Source of the DNA: Gammaproteobacteria bacterium
GTDB taxonomy: Bacteria; Pseudomonadota; Gammaproteobacteria; Eutrophobiales; Eutrophobiaceae
Assembly (NCBI GenBank): GCA_965222155.1
Contig: CBDCTH010000012.1
Coordinates: 2,720,001 to 2,784,000 of the forward strand
Direction of reading: 5' to 3'
Length of the DNA stretch: 64,000 nt
Position numbers and translations under genes: made by a program. How positions within the stretch are numbered: the first letter of the stretch is position 1; every line of letters begins with the position of its first letter. Below are positions 20,875-30,679 of this stretch, piece by piece. The notes under the pieces were generated by a model. It saw nothing but the letters and a program-made list of their open reading frames with translations, ran no database searches and was not told the origin of the DNA.

Positions 20875-22139
20875 CAGGGCAACCGCATACTTTTATATAT
20901 ATATCATGCGGCCACTCCAAACAGGATCTCCGCCCGTCTCGTATCGCTCCACCCGGCCTGCTTGAGTTTCCCTCGCATACTGTTCTTCTTCGGATAGAGC
21001 CGCGCCAGGTTCAGACAGAAGCGCCGGATAATCGCCACGTTCTCCGCCCCATCCCCTTTCCGTATCCGACAATCATCTTCCTTGAACGCCACGTCCAAGA
21101 CCCAATGCGCCTTGTTCTCCACCTCCCAATGCCGGCGTATCCCCTGCGCCACCCGGACCGCGTCCAATGGCAGGGAACTGATATAGTACTGCGTCTCTGT
21201 CTCCACCTCTTTCCCCGGCAGGTGCCGCTCCCGTTCCATCTCAATCACCGTTTGCAGCCCCGGCCACTGGGCCGCCCCACTCACCCAGTCGGTCACCCGC
21301 AGTTGCCGGCAGCTGCGCTTCTCCACCCGGCCATGACCTCCATCGACCTCTTCATACACCGCTATCCGGTCCGGCTCATCGCGCGTAACCTTATGAAAGT
21401 ATGCCTTTATTTCCTCACGCAGAGTCTTGTGATTGTCCTTCAGCGACAACGTGTAATCGCCGCCTTTCGCGTGTATCTTCCGGGCTATCTTCTTCTGTGT
21501 GCTCATTGCATCCGCCGTGATATGCGCGCCGTTCACCTGCAACAGTTCCAGCATCTCCATCACCGAGGCCTGCTCGTTCTTCTTCCCCGATGACTTCATC
21601 TGTGCCAAGACCAGCCCGCACGCATGGCCCCAGGCCGTGATGCTGTGCAAGGCGGTTTGCTTATCCCCATCATGAGACCGTCTTAAGGTCTTCCCGTCCA
21701 GGGCAATCTGCTCCTGCCCCAGCTCCCGCCGCACCTCATTCACCCAGCTCAGAAACGCCCGGTTGAACTGCGCCGGGTCTATCGCACGCACTACCCGCGC
21801 GATCGTGTCATCCACCGGTATGCCGTTCGCAAACGGCCGGTATCGGCGTAACCAGTCCTGCTTCTCATCACCGAATTCCTTGATGTCCTTCCACCCCTCG
21901 GCCCCCGACAATACACCACTCACCGTCAAAAACAGGATGTCCAATAACGCATGTTTCTTATTAATATCACGTCGCGGGTCGTCAATCGTCGCTAATTGTG
22001 CCAGTAAACTCATCGTTTTCTCCTCGTTTTGGGGGTAATACTGCTGTGATCCCCGCCAAATCGATAAGTTCACCGCTTGGCTATAACTTATTGGAATAAA
22101 AAACCATCTGCTTATGAAAAAAAGTATGATCTTGCCCTG
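20875..22139 (-). mobile_element. Intact ISAs1-family IS inserted in a REP-like element
   Basis: IRs CAGGGCAACCGCATACTTTT / CAGGGCAAGATCATACTTTT; 10-bp TSD CATTCGCCGG at 20865-20874 and 22140-22149. Confidence 0.95.
20904..22013 (-). CDS. ISAs1 (H-repeat) transposase
   Basis: IDDPRR, GIPVDDTIARV, IALDGKTLRRS, TADAMSTQKKIA, HWEVENKAHWVLDVAFKED; RBS GAGGAG before ATG 22013. Confidence 0.95.
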   Translation of the reverse strand: MSLLAQLATIDDPRRDINKKHALLDILFLTVSGVLSGAEGWKDIKEFGDEKQDWLRRYRPFANGIPVDDTIARVVRAIDPAQFNRAFLSWVNEVRRELGQEQIALDGKTLRRSHDGDKQTALHSITAWGHACGLVLAQMKSSGKKNEQASVMEMLELLQVNGAHITADAMSTQKKIARKIHAKGGDYTLSLKDNHKTLREEIKAYFHKVTRDEPDRIAVYEEVDGGHGRVEKRSCRQLRVTDWVSGAAQWPGLQTVIEMERERHLPGKEVETETQYYISSLPLDAVRVAQGIRRHWEVENKAHWVLDVAFKEDDCRIRKGDGAENVAIIRRFCLNLARLYPKKNSMRGKLKQAGWSDTRRAEILFGVAA

Positions 22140-22250
22140 CATTCGCCGGAATGACGGAGAGCCCAGAATGACAGGAGTGTGCAAAACGTGGTTTTACACC
22201 ATATACTTTTGCACTTGTCAGAATAAATTAAACCAGGGGCACAGATACCG

Positions 22251-23357
22251 ATGACTACAAAAGCACCATTTCGAGCCGACCATGTAGGCAGTTTATTGCG
22301 GCCATCCCGGCTGAAATCCGCCCGCGCCGATTTTGAAAACGACAAAATGGATGCGGAAACCCTGAGATCGATAGAAGATCAATGCATCCGTGAAGTGGTT
22401 GAGCGCCAGGAAGCCGCCGGTCTGCAAGCCGTTACCGACGGAGAGTTCAGGCGCGCCTGGTGGCACTTTGATTACCTTGGCGGGCTGGACGGCGTTGAAC
22501 TGGTCGAGAGCGGGCAAGGCATACAGTTTCACGGGGCACAGACAAAATCGCGAACCATTACCGTCACCGGCAGGGTCGGTTTCGATCAACATTACATGCT
22601 GGACCACTTCCGCTTTCTACACAGCGTTGCCGGCGTGACGCCGAAAATGACCATCCCGTCTCCTTCCGTCCTGCATTTTCGCGGAGGCAGGGCGTCCATC
22701 AGCAAACAGGTTTACCCCGGACTGGACGAGTTCTTTGCTGATACGGCGGAGGCTTATCGCAGGGCCGTACAGGCGTTTTACGACGCCGGTTGCCGCTACC
22801 TGCAATTCGATGACACGGTCTGGGCTTATCTTTGTTCCGCTAAAGAACGGCAGGCTGCGCGAGATCGGGGAGATGATCCCGAACCACTGCCCCAGATTTA
22901 TGCCGATATCATCAATTACGCCCTGAAAGACAAACCGGCGGATATGGTGGTGACCACCCACGTCTGCCGTGGCAATTTCCGTTCGAGTTGGATCGCAGAA
23001 GGGGGATATGAACCCGTTGCGGAGATACTATTGGGGGAAACCGCTTATGACGGTTATTTCCTGGAATACGATACGGAGCGCGCTGGCGGTTTTGAGCCGC
23101 TACGGTTCCTGCCCAAGGGCGAAAAACGGGTTGTTTTGGGGCTGATTACGTCAAAGTTCGGCGAACTGGAAGACAAGGATGCCATTAAACGGCGTATCGA
23201 CGAGGCCACGCAGTTTGCCGACGTCAGCCAGTACTGCCTGAGTCCGCAATGTGGGTTCGCCTCCACCGAGGAAGGCAATATACTGGCCGAAGACCAGCAG
23301 TGGAAAAAACTGGAAATGATTGTCGAACTGGCCCGTGAGCTATGGGCACATGAATAA
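22251..23357 (+). CDS. Single-barrel cobalamin-independent methionine synthase II family protein
   Basis: ADHVGSLLRP, TDGEFRR, HVCRGN, LSPQCGFAS zinc motifs; no MetE N-terminal half. Confidence 0.9.
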   Translation: MTTKAPFRADHVGSLLRPSRLKSARADFENDKMDAETLRSIEDQCIREVVERQEAAGLQAVTDGEFRRAWWHFDYLGGLDGVELVESGQGIQFHGAQTKSRTITVTGRVGFDQHYMLDHFRFLHSVAGVTPKMTIPSPSVLHFRGGRASISKQVYPGLDEFFADTAEAYRRAVQAFYDAGCRYLQFDDTVWAYLCSAKERQAARDRGDDPEPLPQIYADIINYALKDKPADMVVTTHVCRGNFRSSWIAEGGYEPVAEILLGETAYDGYFLEYDTERAGGFEPLRFLPKGEKRVVLGLITSKFGELEDKDAIKRRIDEATQFADVSQYCLSPQCGFASTEEGNILAEDQQWKKLEMIVELARELWAHE

Positions 23358-23405
23358 AAAAGCCGCCAGGGCCTCACATTTTCAGGAGGCGTGGCGGCTG
23401 TGTTG
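23356..23405. terminator. Probable terminator hairpin between convergent genes
   Basis: AAAAAAGCCGCCA...TGGCGGCT stem. Confidence 0.45.
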
Positions 23406-23423
23406 ACTGGCTGAAATCCCTCT

Positions 23424-24440
23424 CTAAAATGAAGCCGGCACCGGCGGCAACTCGCCGCTGGCGTAGCGTTTCTCAAGTCCCGGTGTCAGGTTCTCCCAGA
23501 CCAGCAGCATGGAACGTTTCGGGCAAAAACCACGGTGCCGTATATCCGCCGGCATACAGGACACGTCACCTGCCTTCATGGTGACCACGCACATCGGGGC
23601 AGCAGTATCCTTGTCTGCCACTCTCCAGGTAATCTCATCGGACATCTGGATAAACCATTCCACCCTGTCGTTGCCGTGGTCCACCGGCAGAATATGCTCT
23701 TCCGACGTCGGGCAATAAGCGCTGTTTCTCACAATGGAAACAATAGACGGATTCCAGGTAACCGGCGAGCGGGACAGGTACTTGAACAGGTTAAAGGCCG
23801 CGAGTTGCCCCTCAAAACCGGATTCGGTATGCACTTCCGGCTCGGACTGGTCCACGTCAGCGAACTGCCGGTTGACCGGCCTCCCGTTTTCATCGGAGCG
23901 AATTGGGGTGTCACCGGGCAGGCTGACGAAACGGTCCGCCAGTTCCCGTTGGAAATTGACGGCTTCATCATTGCTGCCGTTTTTGGGTCCGCGCCCGCTG
24001 CCGGTTTCCAACGGCGCGGCAAAGGGGTTAAAACCGGCATTGGTCCAATCCAGCATTAAGGACTTGAAACAGGCCAACAGCACGCCTGGCTCAAATCGTT
24101 CGGTAAAGTCGGTGCCGGAATCCTTATAGGCCTGGTTGTAGGCGCCCATGAAGACGTCGACACTGTCGTAGTTGTTTACAGTGCCGAATACCTCATCAAA
24201 GTTGACCCAACCGTAAAAAAATCCCCAGGCCACATCCCGTATCATCGAACGCATAAAATTCTCCACATCCATCACGTGGGTTACGGTCGGACACTGGATG
24301 CGAGCAAAATACTCGTCCCGTGCAAACTTGAACGAGCCGATTTCAAAGCGCTTGTAGCCGTTGACCGGATGCGGCGCGCTTTCACGATGCGCTTCGGTAA
24401 CAACCGGCAGGTCGGTAATTTGTTCTGCTGTGGCTGCCAT
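23424..24440 (-). CDS. hqdB: Hydroquinone 1,2-dioxygenase large subunit (HqdB/HapD/PnpC2 type)
   Basis: RDEYFARI, RDVAWGFFYGWVNFD, DWTNAGFNPFAAP, HGNDRVEWFIQMSDEI, MPADIRH cupin motifs. Confidence 0.88.
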   Translation of the reverse strand: MAATAEQITDLPVVTEAHRESAPHPVNGYKRFEIGSFKFARDEYFARIQCPTVTHVMDVENFMRSMIRDVAWGFFYGWVNFDEVFGTVNNYDSVDVFMGAYNQAYKDSGTDFTERFEPGVLLACFKSLMLDWTNAGFNPFAAPLETGSGRGPKNGSNDEAVNFQRELADRFVSLPGDTPIRSDENGRPVNRQFADVDQSEPEVHTESGFEGQLAAFNLFKYLSRSPVTWNPSIVSIVRNSAYCPTSEEHILPVDHGNDRVEWFIQMSDEITWRVADKDTAAPMCVVTMKAGDVSCMPADIRHRGFCPKRSMLLVWENLTPGLEKRYASGELPPVPASF

Positions 24441-24458
24441 GGTTATATCCCCCTCGTA

Positions 24459-24959
24459 TCAATGCTGGCAGATTTCCGCCCACTTTTCGACGGACTCATC
24501 ACCCAGCAAGGTTTGCAGTAAAATCACGCTCAATTCCCCGGCGCGAAACTGGTAGGCCGCGCCGGCCGGCAACAGGACCAGGTGGCCCCGCGTCGTCTTA
24601 ATATGTCCCATAACCTGCCCCTCCGGTTGGTCGGCCAGTTTAACAGACCCTTCCTTCTCTTCGGGTGGAACCAGCCCACCGTCCGCGGGCTGAATAAAAC
24701 GGGTTTCCATGCTGCCCTGCATGAGCAACGCGGTCTCATCGTGGCTGCAGATATACCAAGGACTGTCACCTTCCGCGCGTATCACTTCAACGGTGTTCTC
24801 CAAGTTTTTGGCGATAACAATACGCTCCCAGGGCTGCGCGTTGCCGGCTACCTCGAACATATTGGAAAACAAGTAATCCCGGGCCTCCTCATTGCCGGTA
24901 ATCTCAACGCCTCCCTTGTCGTACTTTTCTATACTGCCGAATACGGTTGTTACGGACAT
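24459..24959 (-). CDS. hqdA: Hydroquinone 1,2-dioxygenase small subunit (HqdA/HapC/PnpC1 type)
   Basis: TVFGS..KGGVEI..ARDYLFSNMFEVA, RAEGDSPW..HDE, LLPAGAAYQF, SVEKWAEIC; RBS GGAGGAG. Confidence 0.88.
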   Translation of the reverse strand: MSVTTVFGSIEKYDKGGVEITGNEEARDYLFSNMFEVAGNAQPWERIVIAKNLENTVEVIRAEGDSPWYICSHDETALLMQGSMETRFIQPADGGLVPPEEKEGSVKLADQPEGQVMGHIKTTRGHLVLLPAGAAYQFRAGELSVILLQTLLGDESVEKWAEICQH

Positions 24960-24973
24960 GATTCTCCTCCTAA

Positions 24974-25212
24974 CCCGGATTTCTCACCAGTTGATGCGAT
25001 GATCGCGCAGGATTTTTGCCGCCAGCGGGTGCCTGCGACCGAAAGCATAGCCGTAGCTCTGGTTGAGGGAGCATGTGCCCGCTAGCGGCAAAAAGACAAG
25101 CGAGGGCGCATCAAGCGCAGTCTGTTATGTCGATATAGTGTGCAGATTATCATAACGTGCTGACAGCAAACAACTATCCGATGACGACAAGCGAACTGGT
25201 GAGAAATGCGGG
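24974..25212. mobile_element. MITE family A, complete copy
   Basis: TIRs CCCGGATTTCTCACCAGTT / AACTGGTGAGAAATGCGGG, flanked by CTAA and TTAA; internal hairpin TTTTTGCCGCCAGCGGG...CCCGCTAGCGGCAAAAA. Confidence 0.8.
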
Positions 25213-25351
25213 TTAAAGTCAGTAGCAGATTATCACCCGGTATTTTAAAACATAAGCGTACTACATTTAACAAAATAATAGAAGAATGCACTTGAAGTAT
25301 CTCCCTGTTTTCTTGTCTTTATCTGCGTTCATCTACGTCAGCTGCGGATAA

Positions 25352-26350
25352 TTAATGACCTGCACCGTCAGCGGACAATAAATGCCGTTCATGGAGCGCC
25401 TCGGGATGAAACTCAGGCCCAATGGGGACAATGCCGGTCGGGTTCACTATGCTGTGACTGCCAAAATAAGACTTTCTGATATGTTCCATGTTAACTGTTT
25501 CCGCAACCCCGGGCTGTTGGTAGAGATCACGGGTATAGGCCCACAAATTCGGATAATCGACCAACCGTTTTCTATCGCATTTGAAATGGCTCACGTACAC
25601 CGGGTCGAACCGTATCAACGTAGTGAACAGGCGCCAGTCCGCTTCGGTGATCCGACTGCCCGTCAGGTAGCGGCGGTTTTGCAAGCTTTTCTCAAGCCAG
25701 TCCAGGGTATCGAACAACGGGTAGACCGCCTCTTCATAAGCCTCCTGGGTGGTGGCGAACCCGGCCCGGTACACACCGTTGTTCAAGGTCTTGAAGACCC
25801 GGCTGTTGATTGCATCGATCTCATCCCGCAGCTGTTCGGGATAATAATCGCCCGGCTTTGCGCCAACATCGTCGAATGCACTGTTGAACATGCGGATGAT
25901 CTCCGCTGATTCATTAGAGACGATGGTATTGTTCCGTTTATCCCACAAAGCCGGTACGGTCACCCGGCCGGTATATTCTGGGTCGGCTGCCGTATAAACC
26001 GCGTAATAATATTTCGCATTATGTACCGGGTCGGGGATGACGCCGTCACTCGGCTCAAACGTCCAGCCGTAGTCGCCCAGGTGCCAATGGACAACGGATA
26101 AGGAAATGATCTTCTCAAGGCCTTTAATACTGCGGTAGATCATGGTGCGGTTGGCCCAGGGGCAGGCATAGGAGACATACAGGTGATAACGGCCCGCCTC
26201 TGCCTTGAACCCGCCTGTACCGGAGGGACCGGGAGAACCGTCTTTGGTTACCCAGTTGCGAAATTGAGATTCTGAACGGATGAACCGTCCCTGATTAGCC
26301 TCGGTGTCATACCATTCATCCTGCCACTTACCCTCTACTAAAAGACCCAT
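25352..26350 (-). CDS. yqjG: Glutathionyl-hydroquinone reductase (Xi-class GST, YqjG/PcpF type)
   Basis: MGLLVEGKW, RYHLYVSYACPWA, VTVPALWD, NESAEII, NNGVYRAGFA. Confidence 0.92.
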   Translation of the reverse strand: MGLLVEGKWQDEWYDTEANQGRFIRSESQFRNWVTKDGSPGPSGTGGFKAEAGRYHLYVSYACPWANRTMIYRSIKGLEKIISLSVVHWHLGDYGWTFEPSDGVIPDPVHNAKYYYAVYTAADPEYTGRVTVPALWDKRNNTIVSNESAEIIRMFNSAFDDVGAKPGDYYPEQLRDEIDAINSRVFKTLNNGVYRAGFATTQEAYEEAVYPLFDTLDWLEKSLQNRRYLTGSRITEADWRLFTTLIRFDPVYVSHFKCDRKRLVDYPNLWAYTRDLYQQPGVAETVNMEHIRKSYFGSHSIVNPTGIVPIGPEFHPEALHERHLLSADGAGH

Positions 26351-26376
26351 CGTATTTTCCTGTAATTCGCCGCTGG

Positions 26377-26490
26377 CCCGGATTTCTCACCAGTTGATGC
26401 GATGATCGCGCCGGACTTTTGCCGCCAGCGGGTGCCTGAACTCTCCGGGGACGGATTTTAAATCCGTCCCCTCATGTACTGGTTGAGGGA
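26377..26490. mobile_element. Truncated MITE A copy interrupted by a GGGGACGGATTTTAAATCCGTCCCC palindrome (26447-26471)
   Basis: Left end matches 24974 onward; CTGGTTGAGGGA (internal MITE A sequence) resumes after the palindrome. Confidence 0.75.
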
Positions 26491-26524
26491 CAAAGTTATT
26501 AACAAAAAATTATACATAACTTAT

Positions 26525-27861
26525 CACTGCTGTCCCAAGAAAATCGTGTTGATATAATATAACTCATTCATTTCATTAGTAAATAAGCGATTTTTAGCAG
26601 ACATCGATTAAAACCACCCCTCCCCCGCTGGCTAATGCTACCCTCCTGATTTTTATCATTATCAGGAGGAGCCATCATGCCGTCCGGTCACTATATCTTT
26701 TCTCAGGTCATGGCCCATTTGCCCATGAAACCATTCCGCCGCTGTGTCCAACGTTATCACGGCAACCGTTATGTCAAATCCTTTACCTGTCTCGACCAGT
26801 TCCTCTGTATGGCATTCGCCCAACTCACTTACCGCGAGAGCTTGCGTGATATCGAAGTCTGCCTGCGCGCACACCGGGACAAACTCTATCATATGGGGCT
26901 ACGCGGCGGCATGTCACGCAACACCCTCGCCCATGCCAACCCGCAGCGCGACGGGCGCCTCTACGCCGACTTTGCCCACGCCCTGATTCGCCTGGCCCGA
27001 CCGCTGTATGCCGACGAAGACCTGGGGCTGGAACTCGATAATACCGTCTATGCCCTCGACTCCTCCACCATCGACCTGTGCCTGTCCGTGTTCCCCTGGG
27101 CGCACTTCCGTCAAACCAAAGCGGCTATCAAACTGCATACCTTGCTGGACTTGCGCGGCACTATCCCCACCTTTATACATCTCTCCGAGGGCAAACTGCA
27201 CGATGTCAATGTCCTCGACCTGCTGCTGCCCGAGCCCGGCGCCTGCTACGTCATGGACCGCAGCGTAGCTCGATTTCCAACGTCTGTTTGCCCTCAACAT
27301 CGCCGCCGCCTTCTTCGTTATCCGGGCCAAGTCCAATACCCGTTACCGCCGCCGTTATTCCCGACCGGTCGATAAAGCCACCGGCCTGCTGTGTGACCAG
27401 ACCATCGTCCTGACCGGTGTCCGCGCCGCCACCCACTACCCACAACCACTGCGACGCATCAAATACCGCGACCCACAGACCCATAAGACGTTCGATTTCC
27501 TCACCAACCACTTTGCCTTGCCCGCACACACCATCACCGAGTTGTATCGCTATCGCTGGCAGGTCGAGTTGTTCTTCAAATGGATTAAACAACACCTGCG
27601 CATCAAAGCCTTCTTCGGCACCTCGGAGAACGCTGTCAAAACCCAAATCTGGACCGCCGTCAGTGTGTATGTCCTGGTGGCGCTCATAAAAAAACGTCTC
27701 CAACTGACTACGGAACTCTACACAATATTACAGGTTTTAAGCCTGACCCTGTTTGAAAAAATACCATTATATCAATTACTTATACAATCCGATTACAAAA
27801 CAGACCACCGTGATATACTTAACCAGTTGAATTTATTCGATTAATTCTTGGGACACTAGTG
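26525..27861 (+). mobile_element. IS4-family insertion sequence
   Basis: IRs CACTGCTGTCCCAAGAA / CACTAGTGTCCCAAGAA; 9-bp TSD ATAACTTAT at 26516-26524 and 27862-27870. Confidence 0.92.
26677..27844 (+). pseudogene. IS4-family (DUF4372) transposase, frameshifted near 27265
   Basis: N-part ...ESLRDIE..YALDSSTIDLC..YVMDR; C-part YRYRWQVELFFKWIKQHLRIK lies in another frame. Confidence 0.9.
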
Positions 27862-27949
27862 ATAACTTATACTGAAATAAACATCCTCGTCATGAGAAAA
27901 ACCCATCAATACATTCACGCTGAAGGAGAAAGCAAGGCAGGGTACCACC

Positions 27950-28099
27950 ATGCTTGGAAAATTTATTCACGAGCAACGCACCAGGCGTAACATGACGCAG
28001 GAGTATCTTGCATCCAAGCTGGGTGTGTCTCGCCCTACCTATATGCACATCGAGCGCGGGGAGCGGGAGCTTACTATCACTGAAGCGAAAAGGAGATAA
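27950..28099 (+). pseudogene. Short or truncated XRE-family HTH protein
   Basis: Own translation MLGKFIHEQRTRRNMTQEYLASKLGVSRPTYMHIERGERELTITEAKRR*; ends right after the HTH. Confidence 0.7.
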
Positions 28100-28164
28100 G
28101 GGAAATGAAGACCGCAGACGGGTGGAACAATATTTGAAGTAAATTCAGCAACGGACAAACATAT

Positions 28165-28248
28165 TATTCACTTATTATACTTAATAAATAGTGAATATAT
28201 CCTGTTTTTTCGTTATATTCACTTATATAATCATATATATAGTGAATA
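28165..28248. promoter_or_regulatory. Two tandem palindromic operators TATTCACT-N17-AGTGAATA upstream of fic
   Basis: Copies at 28165-28197 and 28216-28248, 15 bp before the ATG. Confidence 0.65.
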
Positions 28249-28263
28249 AGTTACAATAAGGAT

Positions 28264-29160
28264 ATGGCAACCACGCGACCAATAAGAGACCGCATTCAAG
28301 CCCTGAAACGAGAGTATGATACCTTGCGCAAGGGCAAGGTAGCGCTGCTGTCGATGATCGACGAAGTGGAGATACCTGAAAGTGTGTACAACTCCAACGC
28401 AATAGAGAATTCCACCCTCACCCTGGAAGAAACAGAGAGAATCCTGTTGGAACAGGTGTTGTCCCGGAATGTGTCCGTGAGGGAAGTTTTCGAAGCAAAA
28501 AACCTTGCCCGTGTCATGAAATATAAGCGTGCCGGAGTTAAAGACAGCGAATTGGACATAGAGCTGATACTACGCCTGCACCAGATGCTTATCGGTGGCA
28601 TTGATGACGCTATCGCAGGTCGTTTTCGTCGGCAGGGAGAGTATGTACGGGTGGGCACTCATATCGCGCCGGCGCCCGAACACGTGGAACGCATGATGGA
28701 TAACCTCCTCGTCGACTATTCCAGCGACATCAGTTCCTACTTCCTCGACAAGATTGCCCACTTTCACCTGGATTTTGAGACTATCCATCCGTTTTGCGAC
28801 GGCAATGGTCGCTTGGGGCGAGTCATCATCAATTTTCAATTCCTGCAGGTCGGTCTACCGCGCATTATCATCAGAAATTCAGAGAAAGAGAGGTACTATC
28901 AAGCGTTCAGAGACTATAAGGATGGTAAAAAGACAAAGACGATGGAAGGCATTCTGTCGCTGGCCCTCATGGAGTCACTTCACAAGAGGCTGAGCTATTT
29001 GAAAGGACAGGTCATCATCACGCTGTCGGATTATATCAAGCAGAATGGTCTCTCGGCACCCGCCGTCACCAACGCTGCCCGCCGCCAAACCATTCCGGCT
29101 TTTCGCGAAAAAGGTGTATGGAAGATTGGGCAGGAATTCATGTATAAAACATTCCAGTAA
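28264..29160 (+). CDS. Fic-domain protein with N-terminal inhibitory motif and C-terminal HTH-like tail
   Basis: HPFCDGNGRLGR catalytic motif; SNAIEN inhibitory motif. Confidence 0.92.
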   Translation: MATTRPIRDRIQALKREYDTLRKGKVALLSMIDEVEIPESVYNSNAIENSTLTLEETERILLEQVLSRNVSVREVFEAKNLARVMKYKRAGVKDSELDIELILRLHQMLIGGIDDAIAGRFRRQGEYVRVGTHIAPAPEHVERMMDNLLVDYSSDISSYFLDKIAHFHLDFETIHPFCDGNGRLGRVIINFQFLQVGLPRIIIRNSEKERYYQAFRDYKDGKKTKTMEGILSLALMESLHKRLSYLKGQVIITLSDYIKQNGLSAPAVTNAARRQTIPAFREKGVWKIGQEFMYKTFQ

Positions 29161-29261
29161 TAGCCTTGGAATAATCCGTGATATTTGACGACCCAGTAAT
29201 TTTTTCGCTGACGTGGGGCCGCAACAGGGCGGCAGCGATTTGCGAATGGTTGTGGGGACCA

Positions 29262-29723
29262 AGATAGCTGTTCACCGAATGATATGAAAGTCCTAGGCTT
29301 TGACCCAGTTGAGATGCGTTCCACACCTGCCCATGTAACGCGGCCAGCATGCGTAACAGGCGGTCTGTCGTCTGCGGTTTAGCGGGCAATCCCCAGGTCG
29401 GCAAATCTCTTTGACTCAGAAGGCTAAGATAATCCAATTGCCATTGTGGATATTGCTGGGGTTTCAGGACACCGCCGTCGGGATACCCGCCGCATAACCA
29501 GTGTCGGTTGCACGACGTTCTGGTAGTCAATTCGGTAAAAAGAAACGGGGTCAACTCGATGAGAGATAGCCGCCCGGCAAGAGATTCCGATACCTGGAGC
29601 ATGAGCGATGGAGATACCTTGTGCCAGAGTTGTCCTGCCGGACTGGCGCGGCCCAACGAGAGCCACAGCCGGGTAAATCTTAAGGCGCTCCAGCAGCAGG
29701 GGTTTAATTTTTCGATTGATCAT
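29262..29723 (-). pseudogene. AAA_14/DUF4143-type ATPase, internally deleted, frameshifted and truncated
   Basis: MINRKIKPLL..VALVGPRQSGRTTLA joins SPSLMLQVSESLAGR..GGYP in another frame, then breaks off. Confidence 0.75.
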
Positions 29724-29951
29724 GTCTTGCATTTTAGAATTGTTTTTCTAATTTGCAAATTTACTTACGCCCATAGTCTAAGGTCAGGCATTTGAAAGGA
29801 ATATCGCCCTTTTATCTTCAACACCATCTTCTGTTTTCCTGCTCAGGCTTACTATCCGCAGATTTTACTTTTGGCTGGGGAAAACTTATATTAACGCCTA
29901 TGTCCTCAATCTACTGACGACAATATAAAATTACATGAGTATCAATCAATA

Positions 29952-30608
29952 GTGCGCCAGGCAAATCAGCAAACAGCCCCTCCTACTGTCAAAAAAATGC
30001 GCAAGGACGGGATACTGAAGCGAAAGGAGCTTATTAAATACGCTACGGAAATGTTTCTGGAAATGGGTTATGAAAACGCAAGTATGAATAGCCTTGCGAA
30101 ACGTTCCGGGTCCTCAAAAAGTACCATTTACAAACATTTTTCGAGCAGGCAGGCCCTTTTCATTGCTGTCCTGGATGAGAATTTACGCCATCATCTGGCC
30201 CCTATCGAAAACCTGGATCTTACCACCCTCAGTATTGAAGAAAGCCTGAAACTGATTGGGAGGACAGGCATAAAGGTAATAACATCGAAAAATCACATTA
30301 ATCTGTGTCGAATTATTTACGCAGAAGCTGAACGTATCCCTTACGTAGGTAAAATATATTATGAGCATGGGCCCAAACGTGGCATCGGGGGTGTTGCGAA
30401 ATATCTCTCTACAATGGTGGAAAGGGGCAAGATTAGATGCGCCGATACATCTTTAGCAGCAGAATACTTCTGGGGGATGATACTGCACAAGCCTATGTTG
30501 GAAATGTATTGTGGTATAAAAGGTCCTTTGTCAACTCAGGAGCAAAAGATATATGTAAATAACGTTGTCGACACGTTCATTTCTTCTTTCATTGAAGAAA
30601 TCAAATAA
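29952..30608 (+). CDS. TetR/AcrR-family transcriptional regulator
   Basis: ATEMFLEMGYENASMNSLAKRSGSSKSTIYKHFSSRQALF HTH. Confidence 0.92.
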   Translation: MRQANQQTAPPTVKKMRKDGILKRKELIKYATEMFLEMGYENASMNSLAKRSGSSKSTIYKHFSSRQALFIAVLDENLRHHLAPIENLDLTTLSIEESLKLIGRTGIKVITSKNHINLCRIIYAEAERIPYVGKIYYEHGPKRGIGGVAKYLSTMVERGKIRCADTSLAAEYFWGMILHKPMLEMYCGIKGPLSTQEQKIYVNNVVDTFISSFIEEIK

Positions 30609-30679
30609 CCGGCTTTTATACTTTTGATAAATTCAGAGGTTCCTTAAGTAACATCATCAGTGAACAAGGTCGGTTCATG

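Noticed and set aside
22014-22184. 57-aa N-terminal extension of the ISAs1 transposase
   Set aside because: It crosses the IS end; the ATG at 22013 has a good RBS.
22251-23357. Full MetE, or a member of the hydroquinone operon
   Set aside because: Single barrel only, and convergent with hqdB across a hairpin; no evidence of pathway linkage.
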